From Thiothrix sp. (lineage in GTDB: Bacteria; Pseudomonadota; Gammaproteobacteria; Thiotrichales; Thiotrichaceae), in assembly GCA_020442915.1 (NCBI GenBank), contig JAGRJD010000022.1:4748-68747 (forward strand): 64,000 nt of DNA, given 5' to 3'. Position numbers and translations under genes: made by a program. This document shows, piece by piece, positions 54,249 through 63,418 of this stretch. How positions within the stretch are numbered: the first letter of the stretch is position 1; every line of letters starts with the position of its first letter. The notes below the pieces were generated by a model. The model saw nothing but the letters and a program-made list of their open reading frames with translations, was not told where the DNA came from and did not search any database.

Positions 54249-55516
54249 GCACTCGGCTCCTGCGGTACCGCCGGGGGTTCGGGGGACATGTCTACATCAA
54301 GGTAGTACCTTGCCCAGCCCCCCATGCCCAGCGCGAAAAAGAAAATGGGCTGCAGTTTGCCGAAATAGTCCACCGAGAAGCCGATCAGGATCAGGGACAG
54401 GAAGGCCAGTATCCAGGCGGTCACCATCCAGCGGATGGCATCGTGAAAACGGTGTACCCGGTTCAGCAGGTTGAAAACTGCATAGAAGCAGGCTATCAGC
54501 AGGAACAGGGTGGCAAATACCCCATGTTGCAGGGTCAGCAGCAGCCAGAAACTGTCGATGCTGTCGCCCATCCACTCCTGCCAGTAGGGTCTGCTCCAGT
54601 CATTGTGGGCGATACCCAGAATCGGATTGTCAAGGATGTCGTCCATGCTGTACTTCCACTGCAGCATGCGGAAGTACCCGGTGTTCGGATTGAAGGTCAG
54701 GTAGGAAATCAGGAGGCCGAAAAAGCCGCGGTTGGACAGTACGTTCAGCAGCATGGCTCCGGCCAGGCCACCGAAGAACAGGGCCACCCAGAACCGGCGG
54801 GCGCTGTTCCAGAACCGGACCAGCAGCAGGCTGACACCCTGAAAAATGAGGGAAAGCAGTGGAGCCGAGGATAGGGTTGTGAGCATGGAAAGGACCAGGC
54901 CGGCAAGGCCGGCGAAATGGCCGGAAGTCCGCTGGCGCAGGAACAGCATGATGGCAAAGGGGAAGAACAGCGCTGCGAGCGTACCGAACAGGATCGGGTG
55001 GGCAAAGACGCTGGTGGCCCGCATCAGGGGGCCGCGGATATAGTCGTCGGTATACAGTCGGTAGTCCAGTGACTGGTTGCCGGTAATCTGCTCTGCCAGC
55101 TCATGCAGGATGCGGTGGTGGCTCAGGGCCTCGTACAGGGTCAGGGGCAGCAGCAGCAGGATGAGGAAGATAAACAGGCGGTTGACCTGAAAAAACCGTT
55201 CCGGGGTCGTGATGTAAAGACGGGCCAGATAAAAGGCCCCCAGCGTTTCCAGGGCGTAAAGCCCGGTGGATTCAATGGCTTTCTGCAGGCTGTGGTTATA
55301 CCAGAAGCTGGCAAAGGACAGGCCGATCAGGGCAAACAGCAGGATGTCTACCAGATCGGCCTGGGCCAGAAGCTGACGAAAATTCAGCAAGGCATAGACC
55401 AGGGCTGCGATCAGGATGATCCGGTAGGCCTCCAGCCGTACCGTGCCCGCCATGGTGTAGAACTCGAACGGGATGAACAGCGACAGGATGAACAGTAGGG
55501 CTAGAATTCTCAGCAT
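54245..55516 (-). CDS. O-antigen ligase / Wzy-type polymerase family membrane protein
   Basis: More than 10 TM helices. The periplasmic loop RATSVFAHPILFGTLAA resembles the Wzy_C motif. Confidence 0.7.
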   Translation of the reverse strand: MLRILALLFILSLFIPFEFYTMAGTVRLEAYRIILIAALVYALLNFRQLLAQADLVDILLFALIGLSFASFWYNHSLQKAIESTGLYALETLGAFYLARLYITTPERFFQVNRLFIFLILLLLPLTLYEALSHHRILHELAEQITGNQSLDYRLYTDDYIRGPLMRATSVFAHPILFGTLAALFFPFAIMLFLRQRTSGHFAGLAGLVLSMLTTLSSAPLLSLIFQGVSLLLVRFWNSARRFWVALFFGGLAGAMLLNVLSNRGFFGLLISYLTFNPNTGYFRMLQWKYSMDDILDNPILGIAHNDWSRPYWQEWMGDSIDSFWLLLTLQHGVFATLFLLIACFYAVFNLLNRVHRFHDAIRWMVTAWILAFLSLILIGFSVDYFGKLQPIFFFALGMGGWARYYLDVDMSPEPPAVPQEPSA

Positions 55517-55521
55517 GGTAT

Positions 55522-56799
55522 TCAGTCAGCCTTGTTTAGCAGGCGTTTGTGGAAGAACAGCACCATGACTCCCATGGTGAGTGTCAGGTTGGCCAGCAGT
55601 CCGGCACTTGCCGCCCCTGCAATACTGAACCGGGGGGTCAGGATCAGGTTGGCGATGATGTTGACCGCCAGTGCGGAAAACAACAGGATGTTCAGATGCG
55701 TGACCTGCCTGCGGATGATGAACATGAAGGAAAAGGTGAGCGAGAGGCCACGTACCAGCTGGGACAGCAGCAGGATCAGCAGTGCCTGATGGGCGGCCAC
55801 GTATTCAGGACGGAATACCTGCAGCAGGTATTTGCTGGCCAGGGCCATCAGGGCGGTACTGAGCAGCATGATGCCGGCCACCAGTACCGTGCCCTGCCAG
55901 AACAGCGGGCGCAGTTTGTCCGGTGTTTGTTTGGCGGTTTTAAGCAGGCGCGGATAAACCGTGGCATCCAGGGCCGTCAGAAATATCCCGACGATAAAGG
56001 CCAGCCGGGCTGCGATACTGAACAGGGCCACCTCGTCATTGCTCAGCAGCAGGCCGGTCATCAGGGTATCGGCCCACAGCATCAGGAATGCCATCCAGGA
56101 GATCGGTGCCAATGGCAGGGATTCCTGCATGATGCCTTTCAGGGTGAAGGGTGCCTGCTGCTGTTGCTGCTGCCACCAGGGCCTGAGCCAGAGCAGGGAC
56201 AGGGCGGCTGCCAGACCCAATGACAGGGTATAGATCCAGAAGTAGTTCTGGCTGCGAGGAAACCAGAACCATAATGCCAGCAGCAGCAGCAGCTGTGTCG
56301 TGGCAGGCAGGGCATTCTGGGTCAGCAGCGATTCGGTGATCCGGTGTGCACCCTTCATGAAGGCGGCATTACCGGCCACCAGATTGAAAAACAGAATGCC
56401 GAGGGCTGACAGCAGTAACAAGGGTGTGTGTATCTCACCATCGAACAGGTGCTTCTGCATCAGGGGTGAGAGCAGCAGCCACAGGGCCATGAAAGCCAGG
56501 CTGCTGAACAGCAGGAAGCGCCAGCTGCTGAGCAGGTAGCGGCTCTGGCTTGATGTGAGGTCTTCATCCGGCAGGGCTGCGACATCGCGCACCAGCCACT
56601 GTTCGACCCCAATGCGGCTGAACAGGGCAAAGCCCGTGACCAGCGTCATCATGAGCAGGATCATGCCGGCTTCATTCACGCGCAGGTTGCGGGTCAGAAT
56701 GATGATCACCATGAAGTTGAGGCCGACACCGGCAAAGCGGGCCACCAGTGAGACCAGCGTCTGCCTGATCAGGGAGGGGTTCAGGCTTATCCCCTTCAT
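55522..56799 (-). CDS. Wzx-type oligosaccharide flippase (MOP superfamily)
   Basis: 425 aa with about 12 TM helices. It has the typical polysaccharide biosynthesis protein N-terminus (LVARFAGVGLNFMVIIILTRNL). Confidence 0.75.
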   Translation of the reverse strand: MKGISLNPSLIRQTLVSLVARFAGVGLNFMVIIILTRNLRVNEAGMILLMMTLVTGFALFSRIGVEQWLVRDVAALPDEDLTSSQSRYLLSSWRFLLFSSLAFMALWLLLSPLMQKHLFDGEIHTPLLLLSALGILFFNLVAGNAAFMKGAHRITESLLTQNALPATTQLLLLLALWFWFPRSQNYFWIYTLSLGLAAALSLLWLRPWWQQQQQQAPFTLKGIMQESLPLAPISWMAFLMLWADTLMTGLLLSNDEVALFSIAARLAFIVGIFLTALDATVYPRLLKTAKQTPDKLRPLFWQGTVLVAGIMLLSTALMALASKYLLQVFRPEYVAAHQALLILLLSQLVRGLSLTFSFMFIIRRQVTHLNILLFSALAVNIIANLILTPRFSIAGAASAGLLANLTLTMGVMVLFFHKRLLNKAD

Positions 56800-57269
56800 G
56801 TGCCGATGGCCCGGTCAATGAAGTCGATCAGGCGCTGGCGCCGGGCCGTGGTGATGGCATCTGCCGGTTTGAGTTCTGTCATGCGGGCCAGCAGCCGGCG
56901 GAGCGCTTCGCAGTTGCGGGCGGTATAGACTCCCGGCAGCCTACCCATCCAGGCCAGACCATCGGCCTGATGGTTGTTGCGGTGTTCCCCCAGCTCATGC
57001 TGACGGTTCATGACGATGATGGGCTTGCGGTGTTCCAGTGCGGTGATGATGTTGCCCATGCCGGCGTGGGAGATGATCAGGTCAGCTGCGGCCAGATGCC
57101 GGTTGAAGGTGTCGGTGGCCATGAAGCGTTCCCAGTCCGCATGGGACGGCTCGTATTCGCCGGTCGCAATCTGGGCCACGACGCTTTGTCCGGTACTGGC
57201 AGCCCACTCGTCCACACAGCGGATCAGGCGGTCAAAAGGAAACTGGGTGCCGACGGCAACAAAGATCAT
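56796..57269 (-). CDS. Alg13-like glycosyltransferase subunit (Glyco_tran_28_C; PssE/Cps14G type)
   Basis: MIFVAVGTQFPFDRLI...ISHAGMGNIITALEHRKPIIVMNR. 157 aa. Confidence 0.75.
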   Translation of the reverse strand: MIFVAVGTQFPFDRLIRCVDEWAASTGQSVVAQIATGEYEPSHADWERFMATDTFNRHLAAADLIISHAGMGNIITALEHRKPIIVMNRQHELGEHRNNHQADGLAWMGRLPGVYTARNCEALRRLLARMTELKPADAITTARRQRLIDFIDRAIGT

Positions 57270-57721
57270 AGTACCGACCCCTGATATTGCACCTGCCCGC
57301 CATCACTCAGGTGTTCCCACTGGGTCAGGAACACATCGGCACGGTGGCGTACCAGTTCACCCGAGCGCGAGATTTTCTGGACATTGGCAATACTGTCTAC
57401 CCAGATGGTGCGGATACCCAGCAGGCGGCCCAGCAGGATGGCCACCACGCCGGGGGCGGCACCGGTGGAGAGGATGGCCTGCGGTCGCTCCTTCAGCAGT
57501 ATCCACAGCACCTGGAGTGCGCAGGGAATCAGGCGCCATTTGTCATCGGCACTGACATCGGTAACGGCATAAACTTTCTGTGACTGCCGGGACTGGAAGT
57601 GGCGGTCCGGCATGGCGTACACGATGTCGTAACGCTGTTCCAGCCCGGCGCACAGGCGGGTGAGCTGAATCCAGTGCCCACCCGGCGAGGAAATGGCGAA
57701 CAGGCGGGCTTTGCGGCTCAT
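57266..57721 (-). CDS. Alg14-like glycosyltransferase membrane-anchor subunit (PssD/Cps14F type)
   Basis: ...AISSPGGHWIQL...ILSTGAAPGVVAILLGRLLGIRTIWVDSIAN... 151 aa. It overlaps its Alg13-like partner. Confidence 0.7.
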   Translation of the reverse strand: MSRKARLFAISSPGGHWIQLTRLCAGLEQRYDIVYAMPDRHFQSRQSQKVYAVTDVSADDKWRLIPCALQVLWILLKERPQAILSTGAAPGVVAILLGRLLGIRTIWVDSIANVQKISRSGELVRHRADVFLTQWEHLSDGGQVQYQGSVL

Positions 57722-58686
57722 GCGGGTGCGGTTCCACTGACTTTGCGCAGGTAAAAGGCGGCCTGATCTCCCTGGTTGACGGCGTTCAGTTCCTGAGCAC
57801 GTTTTTCAAAGGCGGCAATCTGCTTGCGGGTGAAGATGGCATTATCCGGCGATTCGGCCCAGGATCGGGGTGAGCGCAGGGCAATGCCTTTTTCATATTG
57901 CTCGCTGCCCCAGAACTGGAAGGCGTTGGAGTCATAAACGACCCGTTCCACCTCAAAACCGGTCTGGCGGGCCAGTTCGTGCACACTTTCCTGTGCATGC
58001 AGGAACAGGTGCCGGGGAGCATCCAGCTGGGACCAGTTGACCCCGTAATGCTGCCAGGCCCAGGACGAGACGGTCGGTATCCGCAGCAAGACCTTTCCTT
58101 CCGGTTTGAGCAGTTTGAACACCTGCTGCAGGGTCTGCTGCTGCGCCGGCAGGTGTTCGAATGCGTGATGGAACATGATGGCGTCCCACTGGCCACCGGT
58201 CTGGAAGATGTCCTGTCTGGCAATGCGCAGGCCGTTCGGGTATTCGATATGATCCTGGTTGAAGGGATCGATGCCGAGCAGCTTGGTAAAACCCAGTTCA
58301 CGCAGGGAGTACAGAATCAGTCCGGCACCACAGCCGACATCCAGCACCGTGCTGTCCGGCTTCAGATTCAGGGGACGCAGGGTGGCGAGTTTGGGGTTCG
58401 GCATCAGCAGGTTGAGCAGGTGTCCGGGCTGGGATTCACCGGTGACGGCATAATAATCACGCAGGCGTACCAGTGCTCGCCTGAGGCGGTTGCCGCGGGC
58501 AGGTGCCTGATAGGAGTAATAGTTCTGTGGATAATAATCCTGCAGATTATCCGGTATGACCGCAATTTGCAGGCACTGGCACTGGCTGCACTGGAAATAG
58601 GTGTGCTCATCCTGCAATCCGAGCATCATTTCCCGGACCTGATAGGTTTTATGTTCGGCACTGCTGCCACAGATACGGCACTGCAT
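57718..58686 (-). CDS. class I SAM-dependent methyltransferase with an N-terminal zinc ribbon
   Basis: CRICGS...CSQCQC zinc ribbon. SAM motif LDVGCGAGLIL. 322 aa. Confidence 0.8.
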   Translation of the reverse strand: MQCRICGSSAEHKTYQVREMMLGLQDEHTYFQCSQCQCLQIAVIPDNLQDYYPQNYYSYQAPARGNRLRRALVRLRDYYAVTGESQPGHLLNLLMPNPKLATLRPLNLKPDSTVLDVGCGAGLILYSLRELGFTKLLGIDPFNQDHIEYPNGLRIARQDIFQTGGQWDAIMFHHAFEHLPAQQQTLQQVFKLLKPEGKVLLRIPTVSSWAWQHYGVNWSQLDAPRHLFLHAQESVHELARQTGFEVERVVYDSNAFQFWGSEQYEKGIALRSPRSWAESPDNAIFTRKQIAAFEKRAQELNAVNQGDQAAFYLRKVSGTAPA

Positions 58687-59756
58687 CAGGCCTTTTCCTT
58701 GTGCTCGCCAAACAGGGCAATGTCGCCGTTTTCCCAGAATTCACGGTGCTCCAGATACCAGTCCAGCGTTCTGGACAGGCCAGACGCCAGGGTTTCTACC
58801 GGCCTGTAGCCCAGTTCGGTACTGATCCTGCTGTTGTTGATGGCATAACGGCGGTCATGACCGGGGCGGTCGGCAACGTGGGTGATCAGCTGCCGGTGGG
58901 GAGCATGCGGCGCATGCGGGAAACGCTGGTCCAGCAGCTGGCACAGGGTGCTGACCAGGTTCAGGTTGGTCTGTTCATTGTTGCCGCCGATATTGTAGGT
59001 TTCGCCCAGCCGCCCCTGGTGAATGATGAGGTCGATACCGCGATTGTGATCATCCACATACAGCCAGTCGCGAATCTGCTGGCCGTCACCGTAAACCGGC
59101 ACCGGCCTGCCCTGCAGCAGCTTGGCAATGGTCAGGGGGATCAGTTTTTCCGGATACTGCCAGGGGCCGTAATTGTTGGAGCAGTTGCTGGTGGTGGTAT
59201 TCAGGCCGTAAGTATGCTGATAGGCGCGCACGATATGATCGGATGCGGCTTTGCTGGCGGCATAGGGGGAATTGGGCGCATAGGGTGTGGTTTCGCTGAA
59301 GGCCGGGTCAGCGGGCCCCAGGGTGCCGTAGACCTCATCCGTGGAGACATGGTGAAAGCGGTGCTGATCCAGGCGTCCCTGATCCAGCCAGACGGTCTTG
59401 GCAGCCTTGAGCAGGCTGTGGGTGCCGTCAATATTGGTGCGCAGGAAGGCATCCGGTCCGTAAATCGAGCGATCCACATGGGATTCAGCGGCGAAATGTA
59501 CGATGGTGTCAATCTGGGCACCACGCAGCAGGTTTTCTACTCGCTCCTGTTCCAGGATGTCGCCCTTGACAAAGCGGAAGTTGGGTTTTTCATCCAGGGG
59601 TTGCAGGTTTTCCTGCCGCCCGGCATAGGTCAGGGCATCAAGGACAGTGATTTTGCAGTCCGGGTATTTGTCCAGCCAGTAATAAACAAAATTGGTGCCG
59701 ATAAAGCCGGCACCACCGGTGACCAGCAGGTGTCTGGGGTGATAGGCAGGGTTCAT
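58686..59756 (-). CDS. rfbB: dTDP-glucose 4,6-dehydratase
   Basis: LLVTGGAGFIGTNF...YAASKAASDH... 356 aa. Confidence 0.95.
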   Translation of the reverse strand: MNPAYHPRHLLVTGGAGFIGTNFVYYWLDKYPDCKITVLDALTYAGRQENLQPLDEKPNFRFVKGDILEQERVENLLRGAQIDTIVHFAAESHVDRSIYGPDAFLRTNIDGTHSLLKAAKTVWLDQGRLDQHRFHHVSTDEVYGTLGPADPAFSETTPYAPNSPYAASKAASDHIVRAYQHTYGLNTTTSNCSNNYGPWQYPEKLIPLTIAKLLQGRPVPVYGDGQQIRDWLYVDDHNRGIDLIIHQGRLGETYNIGGNNEQTNLNLVSTLCQLLDQRFPHAPHAPHRQLITHVADRPGHDRRYAINNSRISTELGYRPVETLASGLSRTLDWYLEHREFWENGDIALFGEHKEKA

Positions 59757-60658
59757 GCGTGTGCCGTTTCCGTTTTCAGTTGTTGCAGCATGGCGCGCAG
59801 GCTGACCCGCCAGTAAGGCAGGATACGGCCCAGCACCTGCTCGGTTCTGGATTTGTCCATGACGCTGTAGGCCGGGCGTCGGGCCGGAGTGGGGTAGTCC
59901 CGTGTGCGGATTGGGTAGACAGGGATGGCACGTTCCAGCAGGCCCAGCTGCAGGGCTTCTTCCTGAATGGCTACCGCAAAATCGTACCAGCTGGCCACGC
60001 CGTTATCGGAGCAGTGGAAAATGCCGTCCGGCTGCTGCCCGATCAGGTCCCAGAGGGTCAGCGCCAGGGTTCTGGCCCAGGTCGGGCTGCCGGTCTGGTC
60101 GAAGACCACACCCAGGTGCGGTTTTTCCCGCATCAGGCGCAGCATGCTTTTGACAAAGTTGCTGCCATGCGTGGAGTAAAGCCAGGAGGTGCGCACGATC
60201 AACGCATCGGTCAGGACCCGCTGCACGGCCTGCTCCCCGGCCAGCTTGGTGATTCCGTAAACACCGGTCGGCGTACCGGTTGGCTGTTCCGGTGTCCATG
60301 GGCTTGAGTGTTCACCATCAAACACGAAGTCGGTGGAAACCTGGAGCAGGCGGGTTGGCAGCCCCTCTCCACGGGCATGGGCAATGGCCTGTGCCAGCAG
60401 GCCCGGTGCCTGCGCATTGACCCGTTCGGCAGTGAGCCGCTCAGACTCGGCCCTGTCCACGGCGGTATAGGCGGCACCATTGATGAGCCAGTGCGGCTGG
60501 TGCTGTTCCAGTGCGGCCCGGATCTGTTCGGGGTCGCAAATATCCAGGGTATCATGGTCGGTTTCAATCAGGGTGACATGGGCCGGGCGGCATTGGCGCA
60601 GCTCAAAACCCAGTTGACCACGGGAGCCTGTGACCAGTACCTTCAGAGGGGGTGTCAT
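59753..60658 (-). CDS. rfbD: dTDP-4-dehydrorhamnose reductase
   Basis: VLVTGSRGQLG...YGITKLAGEQ... 301 aa. Confidence 0.93.
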   Translation of the reverse strand: MTPPLKVLVTGSRGQLGFELRQCRPAHVTLIETDHDTLDICDPEQIRAALEQHQPHWLINGAAYTAVDRAESERLTAERVNAQAPGLLAQAIAHARGEGLPTRLLQVSTDFVFDGEHSSPWTPEQPTGTPTGVYGITKLAGEQAVQRVLTDALIVRTSWLYSTHGSNFVKSMLRLMREKPHLGVVFDQTGSPTWARTLALTLWDLIGQQPDGIFHCSDNGVASWYDFAVAIQEEALQLGLLERAIPVYPIRTRDYPTPARRPAYSVMDKSRTEQVLGRILPYWRVSLRAMLQQLKTETAHA

Positions 60659-61206
60659 CAGTCAAATACCTCGGCATCGGACAGGGGCAGGCCCAGCGCA
60701 TCCTTGGCAGACAGTTGGGGGGGCTGCCCGTCCACCAGGGGCCAGTCAATACCGATCTCTGTCGCATCCCAGCGGATGCAGCGTTCATGTTCGGGGGCAT
60801 AAAGTCGGGTGCATTTGTAAAGGAAGTCGGCGGATGCACTCATAACATAGAAACCGTGGGCAAAACCTGCCGGTACCCAGAGCATGCGGTGGTTGTCAGC
60901 GGACAGCGCCACCCCGGTCCATTGTCCGAAGTGCGGCGAGCTGCGACGGATGTCCACGGCGACATCAAACACCCGCCCGGCAGTGACACGCACCAGTTTG
61001 CCCTGCGGGTTGTGAATCTGGTAGTGCAGGCCGCGCAGGATGCCCTGACGTGAACGGCTGTGATTGTCCTGCACAAAATCCAGCTCCAGGTCCTGTGCGG
61101 CGAAAGCCTGCCGGTTCCAGCTTTCCAGGAAAAAGCCGCGTTCGTCGCCGAAAACTTTCGGCTCGATAATGAGCACGCCCGGCAGTGCCGTTTCAATGAT
61201 GTTCAT
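60658..61206 (-). CDS. rfbC: dTDP-4-dehydrorhamnose 3,5-epimerase
   Basis: ...[12 protein letters not shown]...RGLHYQ...[17 protein letters not shown]...VPAGFAHGF. 182 aa. Confidence 0.95.
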   Translation of the reverse strand: MNIIETALPGVLIIEPKVFGDERGFFLESWNRQAFAAQDLELDFVQDNHSRSRQGILRGLHYQIHNPQGKLVRVTAGRVFDVAVDIRRSSPHFGQWTGVALSADNHRMLWVPAGFAHGFYVMSASADFLYKCTRLYAPEHERCIRWDATEIGIDWPLVDGQPPQLSAKDALGLPLSDAEVFD

Positions 61207-62078
61207 GCCACCAGCCCCGTCAGATAGTGGCCATACCCGCTTTTTTTCAAGGGCTCGGCCAAGGTGAGCAGGGTGTCGGTATCAATGTACTGCATGCGCC
61301 AGGCCACCTCCTCCGGGCAGGCGATCTTGAGCCCCTGCCGTTCTTCGATCACGCGGATGTAGTTGGCGGCATCCAGCAGTGAGGCATGGGTGCCGGTATC
61401 CAGCCAGGCAGTTCCGCGCTTGAGGATTTCGACCTGCAGCCGCCCCTGCTGGAGGTAAATCTGGTTCACGGTGGTGATTTCCAGTTCGCCCCGTGCGGAA
61501 GGTTTGACGGTGCGGGCGATGTCGATGACTTCGTTGTCATAGAAATACAACCCGGTAACGGCATAGTGCGAACGGGGTCTGGCCGGCTTTTCCTCAATGC
61601 TCAGGGCTTTGCCGGCAGCATCGAATTCGACCACGCCATAGCGCTCCGGATCACGCACGTAATAGGCGAAGACACAGGCTCCATGGGGTTGATGAGCGGC
61701 CTGCTGCAGGCGTGCCGACAGCCCCTCCCCATAGTAGATGTTGTCACCCAGAATCAGGGTGCAGGGCGCATTGCCGATGAAGTCCCTGCCGATCAGAAAT
61801 GCCTGGGCCAGCCCTTCCGGGCGGGGCTGGATTGCATAACTGAGATTGATTCCCCACTGGGAGCCATCACCCAGCAGTTGCTGGAACTGGTCCCTGTCAT
61901 GGGGCGTGGTGATGATCAGGATATCGCGGATTCCGGACAGCATCAGTACTGTCAGTGGATAGTAAATCATCGGCTTGTCATAGACCGGCATCAGCTGTTT
62001 GCTGATCGCCTGGGTCAGTGGGTAAAGCCGGGTGCCGCTGCCACCGGCAAGAATGATGCCTTTTCTGTCGTTAGCCAT
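61203..62078 (-). CDS. rfbA: glucose-1-phosphate thymidylyltransferase (alternative start at 62087)
   Basis: [17 protein letters not shown]...[16 protein letters not shown]... About 291 aa. Confidence 0.95.
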   Translation of the reverse strand: MANDRKGIILAGGSGTRLYPLTQAISKQLMPVYDKPMIYYPLTVLMLSGIRDILIITTPHDRDQFQQLLGDGSQWGINLSYAIQPRPEGLAQAFLIGRDFIGNAPCTLILGDNIYYGEGLSARLQQAAHQPHGACVFAYYVRDPERYGVVEFDAAGKALSIEEKPARPRSHYAVTGLYFYDNEVIDIARTVKPSARGELEITTVNQIYLQQGRLQVEILKRGTAWLDTGTHASLLDAANYIRVIEERQGLKIACPEEVAWRMQYIDTDTLLTLAEPLKKSGYGHYLTGLVA

Positions 62079-62268
62079 GTTAACCATGATTCATTCTGGT
62101 TGTGTCGTCGCGTTATCGTGTTGCATATTGCCGGGAATTTTAGTCGATCAGGGCCGTATTGCACCAACCCTCCCGGCGAAAGGCGGCATTTTAGCGTGCC
62201 ATGCCCATCAGTCACAGCATTGTTTTTTCCCGATTGCCAAATTCCGGCAGGCTGGCGACAATGCGGGC

Positions 62269-63321
62269 ATGAAAATTCATGAAAATCATTCTCTCAAAGG
62301 GTTGAACAGTTTCGGGCTGGCTGTGCGGGCGCGTTTTTTCTGTGAGCTGCGCAGGCTGGGCGGGCTCAAGTCCGTGGTGCAGTGGCGCAGGCAGCACCCG
62401 GAACTGCCGGTGCTGCTGCTGGGCGGGGGCAGCAATCTGCTGTTTACGGCGGATTATCCCGGACTGGTGCTGCGGGTGCGCCTGCAGGAGCGGGAGGTGC
62501 TGGGTTCGGATGGCGAGTTTGTCTATGTCCGGGCCGGTGCCGGAGAGGACTGGCATGCCTTTGTGCGCTGGACGCTGGAACAGGGGCTGGCCGGGCTGGA
62601 GAACCTGTCACTCATTCCGGGGACTGTGGGAGCGGCACCGGTGCAGAATATCGGTGCCTACGGGGTGGAGCTCAAGGATGTGTTTTATGAGCTGCAGGCA
62701 CTGGACTGGCGCACGGCGGAGCTGCGTGAGTTCAGGCTGGCGGATTGCCGTTTCGGTTATCGGGACAGTTTTTTCAAATCGGTGGAACCGGAGCGCTGGC
62801 TGATTGCCTCTGTCACTTTCAGGTTGCCGCTGCAGCCGCAATGGAACATGGCCTATGCGGGGATAGCGGAGCAGTTGCAGGGAGCCGAGCCCAGTGCACT
62901 GCGTATCAGCGATGCTGTCACTGCGCTGCGACGCAGCAAGCTGCCGGACCCGGCGGTACTGGGCAACGCCGGCAGTTTTTTCAAGAATCCGCTGGTTTCA
63001 CCCTCACAGTGGCAGGGGCTGAAAAAAGCCCATCCGGAGCTGCCGGGCTGGCCGCAGCCCGACGGCCCGGTGAAGCTTTCTGCGGCCTGGCTGATTGAGC
63101 AGTGTGGCTGGAAAGGTCGGCGAGAAGGGGATGCCGGCGTTTATGCCGGGCATGCACTGGTGCTGGTTAATTACGGTGCTGCCACCGGTGCGGCGCTGTG
63201 GCAGCTGGCCTGTACCGTCATGACGGCAGTGCAGGTGCGTTTCGGTGTGGCACTGGAGCCTGAGCCGCTGGTGCTGCCTCGTCTGCCCTGCCGGCACGAG
63301 GGTGGGGTGCTGCCTGGGTAA
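62269..63321 (+). CDS. murB: UDP-N-acetylenolpyruvoylglucosamine reductase
   Basis: Start trimmed to the ATG at 62269 (MKIHENHSLKGLNSFGL...). Contains GGGSNLLF...GLENLSLIPGTVGAAPVQNIGAYG...NAGSFFKNP. Confidence 0.93.
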   Translation: MKIHENHSLKGLNSFGLAVRARFFCELRRLGGLKSVVQWRRQHPELPVLLLGGGSNLLFTADYPGLVLRVRLQEREVLGSDGEFVYVRAGAGEDWHAFVRWTLEQGLAGLENLSLIPGTVGAAPVQNIGAYGVELKDVFYELQALDWRTAELREFRLADCRFGYRDSFFKSVEPERWLIASVTFRLPLQPQWNMAYAGIAEQLQGAEPSALRISDAVTALRRSKLPDPAVLGNAGSFFKNPLVSPSQWQGLKKAHPELPGWPQPDGPVKLSAAWLIEQCGWKGRREGDAGVYAGHALVLVNYGAATGAALWQLACTVMTAVQVRFGVALEPEPLVLPRLPCRHEGGVLPG

Positions 63322-63375
63322 GACATGTTCTGGAATGCCTTTTGTCGTTCTGGACAGGCGATGATCGGCTTTACT

Positions 63376-63403
63376 TTTACACCCTGCTGCTCTGGGCTAT
63401 ACT
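63376..63403 (+). promoter_or_regulatory. candidate sigma70 promoter TTTACA-16 nt-TATACT upstream of phoH
   Basis: TTTACA at 63376-63381 and TATACT at 63398-63403. Confidence 0.35.
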
Positions 63404-63418
63404 GAAGGCCATCATCCA

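Noticed and set aside
62088-62268. Search for an ops/JUMPstart (GGCGGTAG) element in the rfbA leader and in the 51641-51916 gap.
   Set aside because: No match was seen on the coding (minus) strand in either region.
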